Shown piece after piece: positions 1 through 13,748 of a DNA stretch of 64,000 nt (within the stretch, counting starts at the first letter, position 1; every line of letters starts with the position of its first letter). The stretch is from Eledone cirrhosa (lineage: Eukaryota). A program made the position numbers and the translations under genes. Below the pieces are notes generated by a model. The model did no database searches, was not told the DNA's origin, and worked only from the letters and a program-made list of their open reading frames with translations. The stretch is taken from positions 9,796,001 through 9,860,000 of the forward strand of contig OZ024755.1 in assembly GCA_964016885.1 (NCBI GenBank), read 5' to 3'.

Positions 1-354
1 AGAGTAGATGCAGACCTCCCCGTCTCATCAGAGAGATCAGTATCTCATAAGATCCTGCATGCTGCCAAGTGCATTTTTTCTTGACACCAGCACTAGAGAG
101 GTTGTCATGTCTTTGACACAACTGATGTGTTCTCCCAACACTTTGTTTGGCAATCTTTCTACAGCTGGATACCCTTCCTATAACCAACAACTTTATAGTG
201 TGTTGTGGATGTTTTTATCGTGGAGATCACCAACACTAGAGAGGCTGTTGTGCCATCGACATAAGTGAAGGGTCCTCTTAATTTTTGGTATGGTTCTACA
301 GCGAGATACTCATCCTATCACCAACCCTCTTTCAGGGTTTATAGGATTTATTTT

Positions 355-925
355 CATGGCCTCAGCACTCGCATCGGCGTTTCCCTGAGGCTCGGCCTCC
401 GGATCTGCCAGCCACACCAATGTCGTTGCGGTTTCACTCCACCCGCTTTCCTGTCGCCACAGTGCCGGCCGCATTCCACGCCATGTTGCCCTCAACGAGG
501 TCATTAAGCATGGCTTGGACGCTGCAGGCTTCTCTTCCCAGCTCGAGCCGGTGGGGCTGGATCGAGGGGATGGCATGACCATCTTCCCGTTCCGCGGTGG
601 CAAACCCCTCATCTGGGATGCCACTTACACCAACACTTTCTGCAGCCGCAACCTGGTGCAGTCTGCGACTAACCTAGGTTCTGCTGCACGTCGGGCTGAG
701 GGGGCCAAACTCCTCAAATACCGGTCGCTCTCCGACAGGTTTGCAGTCGTACCGCTGGCAGTGGAGACTTCTGGTGTCCTCGGCCCCAGAAATACCTCCT
801 TACTCACCACCATAGGCGCTGAGCTGGCCAGCCGCAGGTGTGAGCCCCGCGAGTTGAAGTGGCTTTTTCCAGCACGTCTCCTTTGCCATCCTCCGGGGAA
901 ACGCCTTCTCCATTCTGTCTGCTGG
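355..925 (+). mobile_element. 3' fragment of a CRE/R2-group non-LTR retrotransposon (zinc knuckle plus restriction-like endonuclease), frameshifted
   Basis: Across frames reads RIGVSLRLGLRICQPHQCRCG...RHVALNEVIK...LEPVGLDRGDGMTIFPFRGGKPLIWDAT...AE..K..KY...PLAVETSGVLGP...RGNA, the C-terminal layout of RLE-type LINEs. The usual RPD motif is missing. GC-rich against an AT-rich background. Confidence 0.75.
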
Positions 926-1503
926 GGCTGTGGGTGGGCCCCATCGCGTACTGTTGTAGTTGTAGAAGAAACAGGAAGACAACAACTGGAAAGTTTGATT
1001 TTCTACTTTATCATTTACTGAAATATATATACTTTGTCATAAAAACGTTCTTGAAATTGTCAGTTATTGTCTGTCTCAACTGAAGAGCCCTCCCTGTCTT
1101 AGTGTGAAGGAAGGGTGGAAGAGAGAGAAGAATATTAACTCGAATTTGGGCAGGGGAGGGGGGGGGGGACACACCAGTGTATAAGAATTTTCAAAGGGGA
1201 ATGTAGTGATGGTGAGAATAGCTACTAAGGGGTAATAGGAGACCTGAATGGGATGGTGGATATCATGAGGGGGGGGGGGGGTACTCACCAGCAAGGCATA
1301 ATTTAAGGGAGGGGGCTTAGTTATTGTGGGAATAGCCAAGGAGTAATAGTGGAGGGGCAGGGATGGGGTAGTGTAGTGAGGTTGGGAATAACTATGAATA
1401 GTGTTGGAAGCATGTGTAGGGTGGGAGTTGTATAGTTGAGGATAGCTATTAAGGAGTACTAGTGAAGGATGGAAAGACAAGGATGTGTCAGGATACATTT
1501 AAT

Positions 1504-1689
1504 TGTTTCTACTTTAGGCACAAGGCCAGCAATTATCCAGTGCATTACTGGTACTTTATTTTATCGACCCCGTAAGGATGAAAGGCAAAGTCAACCTCGG
1601 CGGGATTTGAACTCAGATCGTAAAGGGACGTAACTATGCTGGAAAGCATGGCGTCCGACCCTCTACCGATACTGCCAATCCACCGCCCT
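1504..1689 (-). mobile_element. tRNA-derived SINE with 20-bp TSD
   Basis: Minus strand starts GGCGGTGGATTGGCAGTATCGGTAGAG (A-box-like), then GAGTTCAAATCC (B-box), then GCCTTTCATCCTTACGGGGTCGATAAAATAAAGTACCAG. TGTGTCAGGATACATTTAAT is duplicated at 1484-1503 and 1690-1709. Related copies at ~10856, 13305, 14648, 14950, 33459, 45340, 45620, 51650. Confidence 0.85.
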
Positions 1690-1928
1690 TGTGTCAGGAT
1701 ACATTTAATGCTGGTAGGTGAGTCATCACCAGAGTAGTCAGTTACCACTCCTCACAGTTCTTTCTCAACTGTTAGGTTTAGCTCACCTCATCCCACTTAG
1801 ATTACTTTGCATTTCTTTGTACAGCTGTCATCCTCCACACATATCCTTGACCACTATATCCAATTCCTCTTATGCCAAGTTTTTCTCTCAGCTTTCTTAG
1901 GCATTAGCTCTGAATTTGACAAGAGCAT

Positions 1929-2175
1929 TGACCCTGACTGTGAGGAGGGATTTGACCCTGAGTGTGAAGAGGGACTTGACCCTGAGTGTGAAGAGGGACT
2001 TGACCCTGAGTGTGAAGAGGGACTTGACCCTGAGTGTGAAGAGGGACTTGACCCTGAGTGTGAAGAGGGACTTGACCCTGAGTGTGAAGAGGGCATCGAC
2101 TGAGTGTGAAGAGGGCATCGCCTGAGTGTGAGGTGGACAAAGACTGAGTGTAAGGAGGGCATCGCCTGGGTGTGC
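1929..2175. repeat. 24-bp minisatellite (TGACCCTGAGTGTGAAGAGGGACT), about 7 full plus about 4 degenerate copies
   Basis: Directly visible; explains the repetitive ORFs on both strands (DPECEEGL etc.). Confidence 0.95.
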
Positions 2176-4189
2176 GGAAAGCATGTTTGACAGTGCCAAG
2201 ATGGCTACTGTGGTGTATACAGTTGTTATTGCTCAAGAAATGAAGCGGGAGCAAGGACCCTAGAATTCTGTGATGCAAATGAACTAACTATTTACAACAT
2301 TAACTGGGCAGCCACCTGATCACCTACCAATCAGGTGAACAATACAAGCTAGACTGAGATTTTACTTGTTAGAAATTGGGGTTTGATATATGATTATGAA
2401 TGTAAAGTCCTACAGAGAAGAATGCACTGCTTGACGTAAGTTAGTTATTAATGACATCAGAATAATTACAAGACAGAACAAGAAATGCAGTAAAATCTGG
2501 AGGAGGAGGAGGAGGAGAATATGGAAAAGTTTGAAAACATGAAATCTATTTGTTTGTCTTATGAAAAGCTGCCACATACACATATTAACTATAAAATAGT
2601 TAAATAAATCAGGAAAATTACTCTTGAAATGGAAAAAAAGTGGATAGAGACAGTTATATAGTAGTTAAAATAACAGCAGAGCATCAAATAGATAGATATC
2701 TTATTTACAATATCAGGGTGGGGAGATAAAAAGTGTAAAATAAAAAGTAGCTGGAGGAGTTATATTCTTGATACTGAATGTCCTTCTTTGTTTGGAAGTC
2801 AGACTCACCATCATCATCATTGGTTTTATATTGACTTTTCCATGCTGACATGGGTAGAACTTGATGTTTTGAGGCTATGTTTTACATTACTCTTCCTGAC
2901 ACTAACCAGTTTAGTCACCTTTTACAACATGCAGGAATATGGTGTACCTATTCTAAAAACTGGGATACACATGTCTATGCATATATTTACATCAACATAA
3001 ACTTTACAAGTAGAATAAGATGAGCTAAGCACAAATACACTGTTTGTTCACAATCCCAAAACATATATTATATAAGAAAATAATTTAATTCAGAAATGGA
3101 TCTCATGAAAATCTAGGACAACTTCAATAGGTTATCAACAAAACAAATAAAGTGTTTTTTGTTAAGTACATTCAAATATTATCAGATAATACTTTACAAA
3201 TTGAGAGCTAAAATGTTATCTAAGTTTCCATTGAATATCAGATTGTGCTATGGTAATATTTAGATATGAACAAATATAGGTTGCTGGCTTAGTTTAGTAA
3301 CATATGTTCAGTTTCATTATTAGATTTCTAATGAAATATGCACTATTTGAATTAATTAGTGAAGAATTCTGAGGTATTTACTAAAATCATTAAACATTTT
3401 ATTAAGACGGTATTTGCAACGTAATATGACAAAAGGTTAAAATATATGTTGTAAGGTTTTGTTACAAATGGGAACCCCTCTAAAATGAGTGGTTTTGTTT
3501 GTCAGAACCAAAGATAGTCTTGGGAAAGTTAGTACCAAAAGGGTTAAAATACCTGACTGATTATACAAAGCTTATCTTCATTGGTTGAGAACCCAATAGA
3601 TACACCTGGCAACTGGAGGTTTGTGGAACAAATTTGAATAATTATTTCTTAAATTATTATATACAACTAGGTATAAAAGAAAAAAAGGAAGGAAAGGAGA
3701 TTTGATCAAGGAAACCGTGTTTCCATTAGTCTTTCAATTAGAATCTGCAGTAGAAGTATACCAAGGAAGATATGGGCAGAGTTCGTGAGAGCTGAATCCA
3801 AATTGCTGGGACTCACAGAAGAGATGATAAAGGAAAGCGGAGAGTGTAGAGATGCTGTGCTGAAAAGGACCCGTCCAACACATGCAAGCATGGAAGAATG
3901 GACACAAAAATGATGATGGTGATTGGTCACAAATTCTGGCTGAAGTGTCACCACTTTTCTAGATACAGGAGACTGGATTTGAACTCAGATACTACAAAGC
4001 ATCCCGACTCTTTAACAATCCACCATCCCTGAACTGGTATATAGCTATTGACCCCACAAAAGTCTGAGAGGCAAAGTTGACCTTTCTTACATATAACTAA
4101 TTTACTCATAATTCTAAGGGATGTTAAATAGTTTTCCTAGAATACTTCAGCACCAACCATATAAAAACAGTGAACCAGATTTGTGGCTC

Positions 4190-4455
4190 AGTTTGATCCC
4201 TTTACAGTTCATGTTCTTATATATAATCACAAATTCTATTCCGATAGTTTCTTTTCTCGCACACCTCGCCTGTGGAATTCTCTTCCAGCTTCTTGCTTTC
4301 TGGATCACTACATTTGCAACAATTCAAAAATAACATCAATTATCGTCATCTCTCTCTCTCCTTGAATTGTTCTGTCTGTTTTGTCCTTTTGCCTTCTCAG
4401 TAACCTCTTACATTTTAGTGGCTTTATTGACTTGAGTAAACAAAAAAAAAAAACA
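4190..4455 (+). mobile_element. Degenerate 3' end of a CR1/L2/Jockey-group LINE
   Basis: DPFTV...YSDSFFSRTPRLWNSLPASCF resembles the RT C-terminal 'SFFPRT..LWN.LP' motif; A-rich tail follows. Confidence 0.55.
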
Positions 4456-7332
4456 CCAACAACACCAACAAACCAAAACCTTTGTGATAACAATACCAAG
4501 ATATTATTATTTGTATCTGTACTTCAAAATATAGAATTCATTCTCAACGTTAAACTCTCAAATCCATCCCGTTTCCAACGACCACCATAACTACTGATCT
4601 CTCCACTTAAACACTACACTAGTCTCTTAAGTAATTCAACAACCATTGCATTAAATGACATCAAAATCATTTTACATGGGTCAAATGTTGAACTATATAC
4701 CTTCCTATCGACTCATTAAAAAATATATATCACTTTAACTCTTCTGTTGCCATATTTCTAATGAAATACACTGCCTGTGATTTTCAAATCAGTTTGAAAA
4801 TAATCAATACATTTGGAAGAGGAACAAAAATGACTTCTATACCACGTGTGAGGCATTGTTTGTATTTTAACACACACTAAAGAAAGAAGCTCTGTGGTTT
4901 GTAGTGTTGACAGTGGCACCAGAGATACTGTTGACATCTCACCATTACCCTGACTACCAACATTTTTCCAAACTCAAGAAAGTGTTTAAATATAAGTTTG
5001 AAAACAAGCAACGGAGAGGAGTTCCAGCTAGATCCAGTCAACAAATCTCCATACAGTTTAAATACTCAGCAAGTCTCCAATATCTGAATGACTAAATGTC
5101 AGCCGAAGAGCACCCAGGAGTCATGATCTGGATGCACCCTAAGTTGGCTGGGTGCATTTTATTATGGCACCAATACTACAATAACTTTACAGTGTGTGGT
5201 GGGTGTATTTTATCATAGCACCAGCAATACCACAGAGTGGGCTGGGTGCATTTTATCATAGCACCTTTTGAGTACACTGGACATATTCCACTAGAAAAAG
5301 AATAAAAAAAAGAAAAGGTTCTTTATAAAAAAAGTTATGTATCAAAGTAACAGTGTAACAAAGGGGTTTAACAAGTTATCTAAAACTACCTTAAATACAT
5401 GATATCCTGGGATGGTCATGACTGGAACACCCTTGATCATTAGTCTAATTAATCAGGGCTGAGTTGGAGTTACCATTTCTATATGTCTTGTATATTTACT
5501 TAATGATTCTCTCATCATTACTTCAGCAAGTATGAAGAAGTCTGTGCTTTGCTGAAGAGGTCTGATAATACTGAATTATCTCTGGAGTTGTCTCCCATAC
5601 TTACTTTAGAATGAAAATATTAATAACTAATAATTTTTTCTAGTTAGTAAATATACTTAACACTAACTTAACTGAGTTCTCTACCTATGAGTAACTGATG
5701 CACACAGTTGCATCAGTAAGGTTTTGAACAAATGGTAAAGAAGTTTGCTTCACACCATTATGATTCAGGTTCAATTCCACAGTGTGACATCTTAGACAAA
5801 TGCCATTCACCATAACTTCAGGTAGAGCCATGCCTTGTGAGTGGAATTGGGTAGATAAAAGCTGTTTGGAAGCCTGTCAGATGAATTGTACCAGTAATTT
5901 AAAGGACCAGCCTTGTTATACACTGTGTCACATTTGAATCTCCCTGAGAATTATCTTAAGGCTATACATGTCTGTAGAATGCTCCACCACTTGTATATTA
6001 ATTTCATGAGAAGGCTATACCATTGATCAAATAACTGGAAAACTCATTACCAAACCCATTAGTCTATTCCTATAATAAGATTATAAGTTAAAAAAGCATA
6101 TTAATAATTAGATAAGATTAGTTAATGAGTTAAAAGCATAATAATAATTAGGTTGGAAGAATTATTAACTCATCAGACAAAATATATTTATTTATAATTC
6201 TTTTATTCTAAGTTCAAATTCTACCTAGGTCAACTTAACTTTACCTTTTTATCCATCAATAAAATAAAATACTAGTGAAATACTAGGGTCAATTTGATTG
6301 TTTAATATCCTCCAAAATGTGAGACTTTGTATTAAAGTTAGAAATCAAATGGAGTACCATTTGTATATTTAACCTTTTTGATACCAAACTACCTGAAACC
6401 ACCCTTGGTTCTACACTACCAGACCCTTTTAATACTAACCCAGTCAAAACCAATTCTGGTCCTATGAAACAAAACCACCCATTTTGAAGAGTTCTTATTT
6501 AAATTAAATTCTTCCAACCTAAGTCTATGCTCCATCATGTGAAAACTTGCAGTGTAGTCACCTATCCAGTCCATGATGTTGGCAAATCAGGATTTTCTTT
6601 GCCTGTCCCTTCTTTTCACTTTTTCAACTGTGCTCTGAAGAATGGTTTTTTGATCAAGAATTGTATTGATATATACGATGTATACGTGACCTCACCGTAC
6701 CAAGTGAGCTTCTATTTTTTTTACCATTGCAAGGAGTGGTTCCTCTCTGCCAACAGATTTGTTGACTTGTTGCTTGACAAAGCTGTTTGTTTTGTGCTCT
6801 GTATGCACCATTCGTTAAAAAGATTTTCATCATTCCTAATGTGATATAAGCCAACACAGACCTCTACTATCCTATCATGTCTAGTGACTATCTTTGTATT
6901 CAATGCATTTCAACAGAAAAGTATTGAAATTAAACTTCAGTGTAGACTGCTAGTTTCCTGTTGAATTAACATGGTAAATACTATCATCATCATCCTAATA
7001 TGATTTATGTTAATCAGTTTGTTTTTTATTATTCTGTAGATAATAGAAATGAATGTAAGCTATAACATACCAGATAATACCTCAATAAATCAGTTTAGAA
7101 ATTACATATTCATTAAATGTAATTTGTTATGTTTATTTTACTTACTCTAATTTATATAACTACAGAATCAGACATTTGATCTCACTGGATAAGATTACTT
7201 ACAGTAGACAAATATCCAAGTCTAATAGTGGAAAATTGGACTGATTCTCTTGATGCTAACATCCTGTAATAATTTAGCAAAAAATATCTAAAAATGGGTT
7301 TGTTAATTCAAATGTTTATAATATGTATAATT

Positions 7333-7590
7333 TATAATGAAAATTATTGTGTACAGTGCTCAGGTGCACTACAACTCATCAAAGGTGCATATATAGTACA
7401 TAGAATAGTGTATAAATGTCACATAAGTGAACAGTGGACGAGTCATGATATACACACAGATACATGTGTGCATGTGTATGGAGGGGGAATATCAGGTGTA
7501 GTGATGGAAAATTTCAGGAAGGATGCAGCTAGTTTGTTCCAACTACTGATGCAGGTAGTTTGTTCCATGCTTCAGCAACTCTGAACATAA
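7333..7590 (-). mobile_element. CR1-type LINE 3' fragment
   Basis: Reverse complement matches the 3' end of the element at 32000-32695 (GAGTTGCTGAAGCATGGAACAAACTACCTGCATCAG...GTTGTAGTGCACCTGAGCACT...ATTAT tail). Confidence 0.8.
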
Positions 7591-8832
7591 AAAAATGTTT
7601 CCACTTATAGTATCTTTACTAGTAAACAACTCATTGTGAAAATGTGCAGTATCAGAGTAAAGATTAATTTTTAAAGTAATGCAGTCATCTTTTTAATAAA
7701 AATAATGCCTACACAACATTGTTGCATATACAAAGTTGTTAATTGACTCTTTATATCCTGTGATGCTTTAGCCAAAAAAAAAAAAAAAACGATTTTCTTA
7801 ATTCAAATGAGTATCTTTACTAGTTGACAGATCATTGTGAAAATTTGTAGTAAACTGAAGTAAAGACTAATTTTTAATGTGATATATCCATAGAGCTGTT
7901 TTATACTTGTCAAAAATATCTTGCTAATGTGGTACAGGACATTATATGTTAATAGATACAGAATCTAGGTTTAAGTGCTGACACTTGATGTGCATGAAAT
8001 TCAATTAATTGTAACTTGTCTGTATTCTGTAAGTTATTTTATTTCTGTCTCTAAACAGAAATTTGATGAAATTGAATCAATTGTGCACACTGTAAATGTG
8101 GCTGGCATTAGGAAGGGCATCCAGCTGTAGAAACCAAACCAGAACAACACATACAAACAGGACCTAGTCACTTGACTGGCCCAGCTGCAGCATGAACCTA
8201 TGCAAGCATGGAAAATAGATGTTAAATGGTCCTATGATGATGATGTAAATCATGAGTATTTTATAAACTCTTATTTCTGTCTATAAACTGAAATTTGATA
8301 AAATTAAATTTATTCTGAATGACCAATATTTTATAAACTCTCTCGTTTCTGTCTGTAAATAGGTTACACTGTTCTTGAAATATATAACTATTGACCTTAA
8401 TAAGATTAAATTTCTAAATTCAACAATAAAGATATAAACAACCAAGTTACACAGAAATCTAAATTGATTTGTCAACAATAAACCACTAAACTAATATTGA
8501 ATATATCTATAATAATCCATCCCTTTTGAGGACAAAGTTGTGCTACTCTTATCAGTGAGGGTACTGCCCCACCACTCCTCCTTTCCAGAACTTATATTAT
8601 GGGAAGGGAATGCAAGAGCGCCACAACAGAGTTGAAGAAGTAGCTAACAGTGCATTTCCCTAGTTACAATAGCTAGCAATATTCTTTTATTTTTTGACTA
8701 GTTCTAGTCAGACTGCAGTCATGCTGGGGCACTACCTTGATTTAGCCGATCATATACGGGCTTCAATTCCTAACACACCGTTCTTTGAATGTCTATGTCT
8801 GCCCTCTTTCCTTTCTCTGGACAGGAAAGCCT

Positions 8833-9060
8833 GTCACAAACCATAGTTCACTACTCTACCCAGCATTAACCCAGCTAACCAAGGAAATCAGTCACTGAGC
8901 TGATCAAGAAAGCCAATCACAAGCCATAGCTTCACTACTCTACCCAGCACTAACCCAGCTAACCAAGGAAGTCAGTCACTGACCCAAGCTGACCAAGGAA
9001 GTCAGTCACTGACCCAAGCTGACCAAGAAAGTCAGTCACAACCCATAGCTTCACTACTCA
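8833..9060. repeat. Complex tandem repeat (~85-90 bp units with ~30-bp subunit GACCAAGGAAGTCAGTCACTGACCCAAGCT)
   Basis: Repeated CCATAG(C)TTCACTACTC, TAACCCAGCTAACCAAGGAA and GTCAGTCAC blocks. Confidence 0.8.
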
Positions 9061-9929
9061 GCACATCTCATCTCATATGCCAACATATTCACTTATTTCT
9101 CAACCTTTCATGATTGTATTTCAATAAATTAACAAAGAATTTTTAAGAATTTACTAATATTAATATTTTATTACTAGAATAGTAACTCAACATATGGTTC
9201 TTATACAAAATTATGTTGGAAGAATTTAATTGAAATAGGAACTCTTTAAAATGGGTAGTTTTCTTTCATAAAATGGATAGTTTTCTTTCTAGGTTTGGCA
9301 ACAAAAAGTTTCACCCTTCCTAGTTTGCTACAAGCTCAAATGTCTCTTCTATAAAAGCATCTTTCAGGTGATATACTATTTTCTCCACATCTAGCATGTC
9401 AATTTCAACATCATTTAATGCCCATCTCTGTTAACAAATGTTGGATGGATCTTCACAAACCAAGTGCATTTTATCATAGCACCATTATCAGAGAGGTTGT
9501 GTTTTTGACACAGCTGACGAGTCGTCCCAGCCCTTGTTTGGCAGGATTTGAACTCAGAGTGCACAGATTCAGGACAAATGCCAAGGCATTTAATCTGGCA
9601 TTCTCACAATTTGCCAATAACACAAAGCATCAAAATACAAATTACATATCACAATGAAAACTGGAAATACTACCTAGATAAGTTTACACTTCACACTTAA
9701 TATAACCAAAACAGCAAATTATCAACAAAAATAACAAAAGATACATATTGCTATATATAATAATAACTGCCAAAAAGAAACCTCTTTGTAGGATTAGAAA
9801 AAGACTATAATAAAATTTACATTAACATAATATTGCAACCTCAACACAAAACAGCCTGTGTCTGAGTCAACACGTGAATCTATGTCATTGATCTAGAAAT
9901 AACAGGCATATCTGTCTCAAATCATACCT

Positions 9930-10835
9930 TATCATTTTACAGCCATTCCCTATGTTGGCATGGGTTGGACAGGTTGTCACAGTCTGAGACAAGACAGGTT
10001 GGATAATTATGTCTTGCTTATATATGTTGCATATTATAGTGTGGTTTCTATGGCTGGATGCCTTTTCTATCATCAATCACTTTACAGATTGTACTGGGTG
10101 CATTTCATTGTGGAACTAGCATTAACACTTTACAGAGTGTACTGGGCACATTTTATCATAGCACCAGCACTACCACTTTACATAATGGACTGGGTGCATT
10201 TTATCATGGCACTCACACTACCACTTTACAGAGTGCCTGGGTATTTTATAGTGACAGCAGTAAATGTCCTTCGAAACACAGGTAGCATGACACCCGTAGA
10301 CTACCTAAACAATGAAGCCAAAATGCTAAACATGAATGGATATAGATAGATGTAGAAGAGAGACTATGTTGCAGCTAGTACTAACCTTTACTAGCCCTAC
10401 TACTATATTCAAAATCACTCCAGAACAGCCAAAGGAATCTATAACACCACGGAACATGACTACATGACTATCCTAAAAACTATTTTCATCACTCAGTTCA
10501 GATAAATATAAAAACACATTGAAACAGTAAAAGTAAACATGGTGTGAGACAGGAGGTTAGTGTTTGGTAATTGAATGGAGACAATGCATCCAGTACACTC
10601 TGTCACATGGTATTACTGGTGTCATGATAAAATACATCCAGTAAAGTGGTAGCGCTGCTGCACCGAGTACACTTCGTAAAGTGGTTTGTGTTAGGAAGGG
10701 CATCCAGCCATAGAAATCATGCTGTATATGCCGTGTATGAGCAAGAAAGGGTCTCTCCAACCTATCTAGTCTCGGACTGTGACAACCCATCTAACCATGT
10801 CAATGTGGGAAGCAGACGTAAAAACGATGATGAGA
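9930..10835. mobile_element. Oppositely oriented pair of RTE-associated SINE-like elements with internal ~42-bp tandem units
   Basis: 9930-10255 has CACTTTACAGAGTGTACTGGGTGCATTTTATCATGGCACC units. 10590-10835 carries the reverse orientation with GGAAGGGCATCCAGC and a GATGATG tail. Same family at ~5150, 34830, 49025, 53790, 58260, 58720, 60770, 63210. Confidence 0.7.
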
Positions 10836-11036
10836 GAAAAAAATAGCAGTATTAATAATTGTTTCTACTTTTGGCACAAGGCCAGCTATTATCCCAGTGT
10901 ATTACTGGTACTTTATTTTATCGACCTCGTAAGGATGAAAGGCAAAGTTAACCTCGGCAGGATAATAATGTCAAATACCATGGATGATAAGTACAAAGGA
11001 ACAGCAACTATCCACCACTAGAATCTACAGACGTAC

Positions 11037-13175
11037 AGAATTAGATTAGCGGTGGTGTATTGTACACTGCATCCCATATGGTTCACCAATGCATGTCGTG
11101 TGTGGGTGTGTGGTTTTTGCTGATGTATATCAACAAAGGATATATACATTAACGAAAAAATAGAAAGGTCCAGTGCTTTACAAACGAGCTTAATACTCCC
11201 TTGTTATTCACGCCGACAGAAATACAGTAAAGCAGTGATTGGTCTGCTAGATACTTGTAACCAACGACGCTATTCTTCACAAATTGCGACTGAAGATGTT
11301 TCGCTTTAACTATCTAGAACGGAATGAAAAACAAAATAGGCCTACGTTTTCCTTGTAAATTTTTGTCTTTTGAATTTTTTTAATTCATTTATCTATAAGC
11401 TGAAAGATTTGTGAAAATATTTTCCCGAGTGATATATTATGAATTTCTTTTAAAGACAATTTGCAGTCTTTGCCGCCCACCAATAAATTAGTAGACAAAG
11501 GTGAGGCTGAGAAAAGAGAATCTTGCTTAAGACGTGCACGTGTCATTCTAAATCTCACCCCCACCCTTAATTCTCTTTCATTGTTTTAGTGTATACACCA
11601 TAAGCGAAATATCCTCCTTGTAATATAAAAATAGAGTATATCAATTATACTTAAATGGTACCATATTTTTAATAAAAGACACTGACTATGACGTTTCATT
11701 TTGAACATAACCAAGAATTTGAAGAGATTTAGTAATATAACTATCTCTCTCATTATTAAGATCGTCTGTGAAACAAATGTTCTTGTACAAAATTATGGAA
11801 TGTTTCTTTAAACATATAATCAATTTAAAATAAACAGTTTGTATCGTAGAACTAGGGACGGTTTCATTAATCAAAATTACAGGTATCAGAAAATAAATGC
11901 AAAAAGAAAAAGGAAATTTCGAAGAATAAAACTAATGAAACATTTTACAGAAGAAACCGATCTTTAAAACAGTTATTAGAATCATGTTTTATGACAGCCT
12001 TTTGTGGGGAATGACCAATCTTGTGTCACTTCTGAGTAAACATGCCGCGAACACGATGCAAACATGCCACAAGAACGTTCCTGAAACATTTTTAACATAA
12101 CTCCGTCGTTGTCTAGTCAAGATACTCTGATAACGAATACATAGTAGTATTATTGTTTAACCTACAAAAATGCGCAGAATTTGCACAGAAAGACCTGGCA
12201 AACGTCAATTTTGTACACCTTGATCGAAAGAAATACCTGTAAAAACCTCTTCATTTCTAAATTCTTAACCAAGTATAATAAACGTGGAGAATGACTTCAC
12301 ACAAGATATATAAATATAAATATACCCGACTCCGCGGAACACAGGCAAGGAAAACGGTCTAAGTAACAGACTGTGTACGGATTCCCCTTCTAAAACATTT
12401 CCCAACCAGAAATAAGTATGTAGAATTATCAAAACATTTATAAATGAGCTAGAATTTTAAGTATAGTGATTTATTAAAAGAGTATATATTAACAACCTAA
12501 TCACATAATTATAAGCGTGGTATTTAACAACTTGCGTAATGAAATACACAGAACTCCAAATTACAACTCGCGAATAACCTTCAAGCACTTTACTACATAA
12601 TTCAATATTTCTTAGCTCATATCTTCACTCGTGGTATCAATGTAATAGGGGAACTGCACCTCTAAGTATGATAACTGACATTTAAGTGTTCGATATTTAA
12701 TGTATTACGAAACATTAAAAAGGAAATGATATAAAGTGAATTTATACAAGAGCTTAACGTTTACTTTCAGCGAAACAGTGACAGGTGTATAGATTAATAA
12801 ATAAATAACTATTATAAATAACTAATAAAATATCTGGTTATATGTAAAAAGGAAAATAAATAAATGTTAATTTAGAATTCGGTGATTAAACTCTAGTGAT
12901 TATAAAACAATTAGCATGTAAGCACGCGAATTTCTACATTGCATGTTTATATATATATTTATATATGTAAGCACGCATGACTAGTTACATTCAGTAATGA
13001 AGTAGTAACAGAATCTGAATGAAATATAAGAGCTTCCATTCGTAAAATCATTGCTGAATACTCACCTTTATTAAGGAGTGGAACACTAGACTTGAGTGAC
13101 ATAATCAACCAGTGCTAGATAAGACAGTCGATGCTTACTACTCCCCAAATTATATCAGAATCACAACGACGACGC
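11037..13175 (-). other. Putative 5' exons of an unidentified minus-strand transcript (exon ~13175-13066 and exon 11313-11037)
   Basis: Strong donor AAG|GTGAGT after 13066, strong acceptor TTTTGTTTTTCATTCCGTTCTAG before 11313, donor |GTACGT after 11037. CpG-enriched with an ETS/CRE motif just upstream. No recognisable protein. Confidence 0.4.
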
Positions 13176-13180
13176 GTTGA

Positions 13181-13195
13181 CAGGAAGTGACGTCA
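13181..13195. promoter_or_regulatory. Composite ETS-CRE promoter motif CAGGAAGTGACGTCA
   Basis: GGAAGT overlaps a perfect TGACGTCA palindrome in a CpG-rich patch beside a candidate first exon. Confidence 0.55.
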
Positions 13196-13717
13196 TGTTG
13201 CATCTCTTTGGCTCCTAGTTTCATCCTAATCTCATAATAGACGAACGTGAAATGTCATCCGGTGCTCGTACTAAACTTCATTGATCAGTATATTATTAAG
13301 AATCGGTAGAGCGTGGGACAAAATGCTTTGTGGCATGTAGTTACAGCTCTTTACATTCTGAGATCAAATCCTAGTGAAGTCAACTGTGGCTTTCATCCTT
13401 CCGTAATCTATGAAATAAAGTATCAGTCAAGTATTGAGGTCGATTTAATAGACTAATTCCTCCCCACCAAAATTGTTGGCTTTCTGCCTAAATTAGAAAT
13501 TATTATATAAAGAATACAGTTTACAAAAGAGACAAAAATAGAGAAGATAAATAAATAAAAAATAATTTTACTTGTTACAGTCATGCTGGGGCTCCACATT
13601 GCAGAGATTTAGTCGATCTTCAAAACTAAATAAAATATACCTACTCCTACCTACTCCTACCTATATAGTAAAAAAGAAAAACATATTTCGGATACGGTAT
13701 GAAGCGAGATAACTCGG

Positions 13718-13748
<31 letters not shown>

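Noticed and set aside
8-35. Minus-strand CTGATGA-GAC..GTC hammerhead-like start
   Set aside because: Helix II is followed by TGCA rather than GAAA, and the window edge prevents further checking.
1807-2278. CRISPR-like array or repeat protein (DPECEEGL)n
   Set aside because: Head-to-tail units without unique spacers, no cas genes, eukaryotic context, no exon boundaries.
9312-9427. Candidate minus-strand exon RWALNDVEIDMLDVEK...
   Set aside because: Weak acceptor, in-frame stop, phase incompatible with the 11037 donor frame; likely a repeat remnant.
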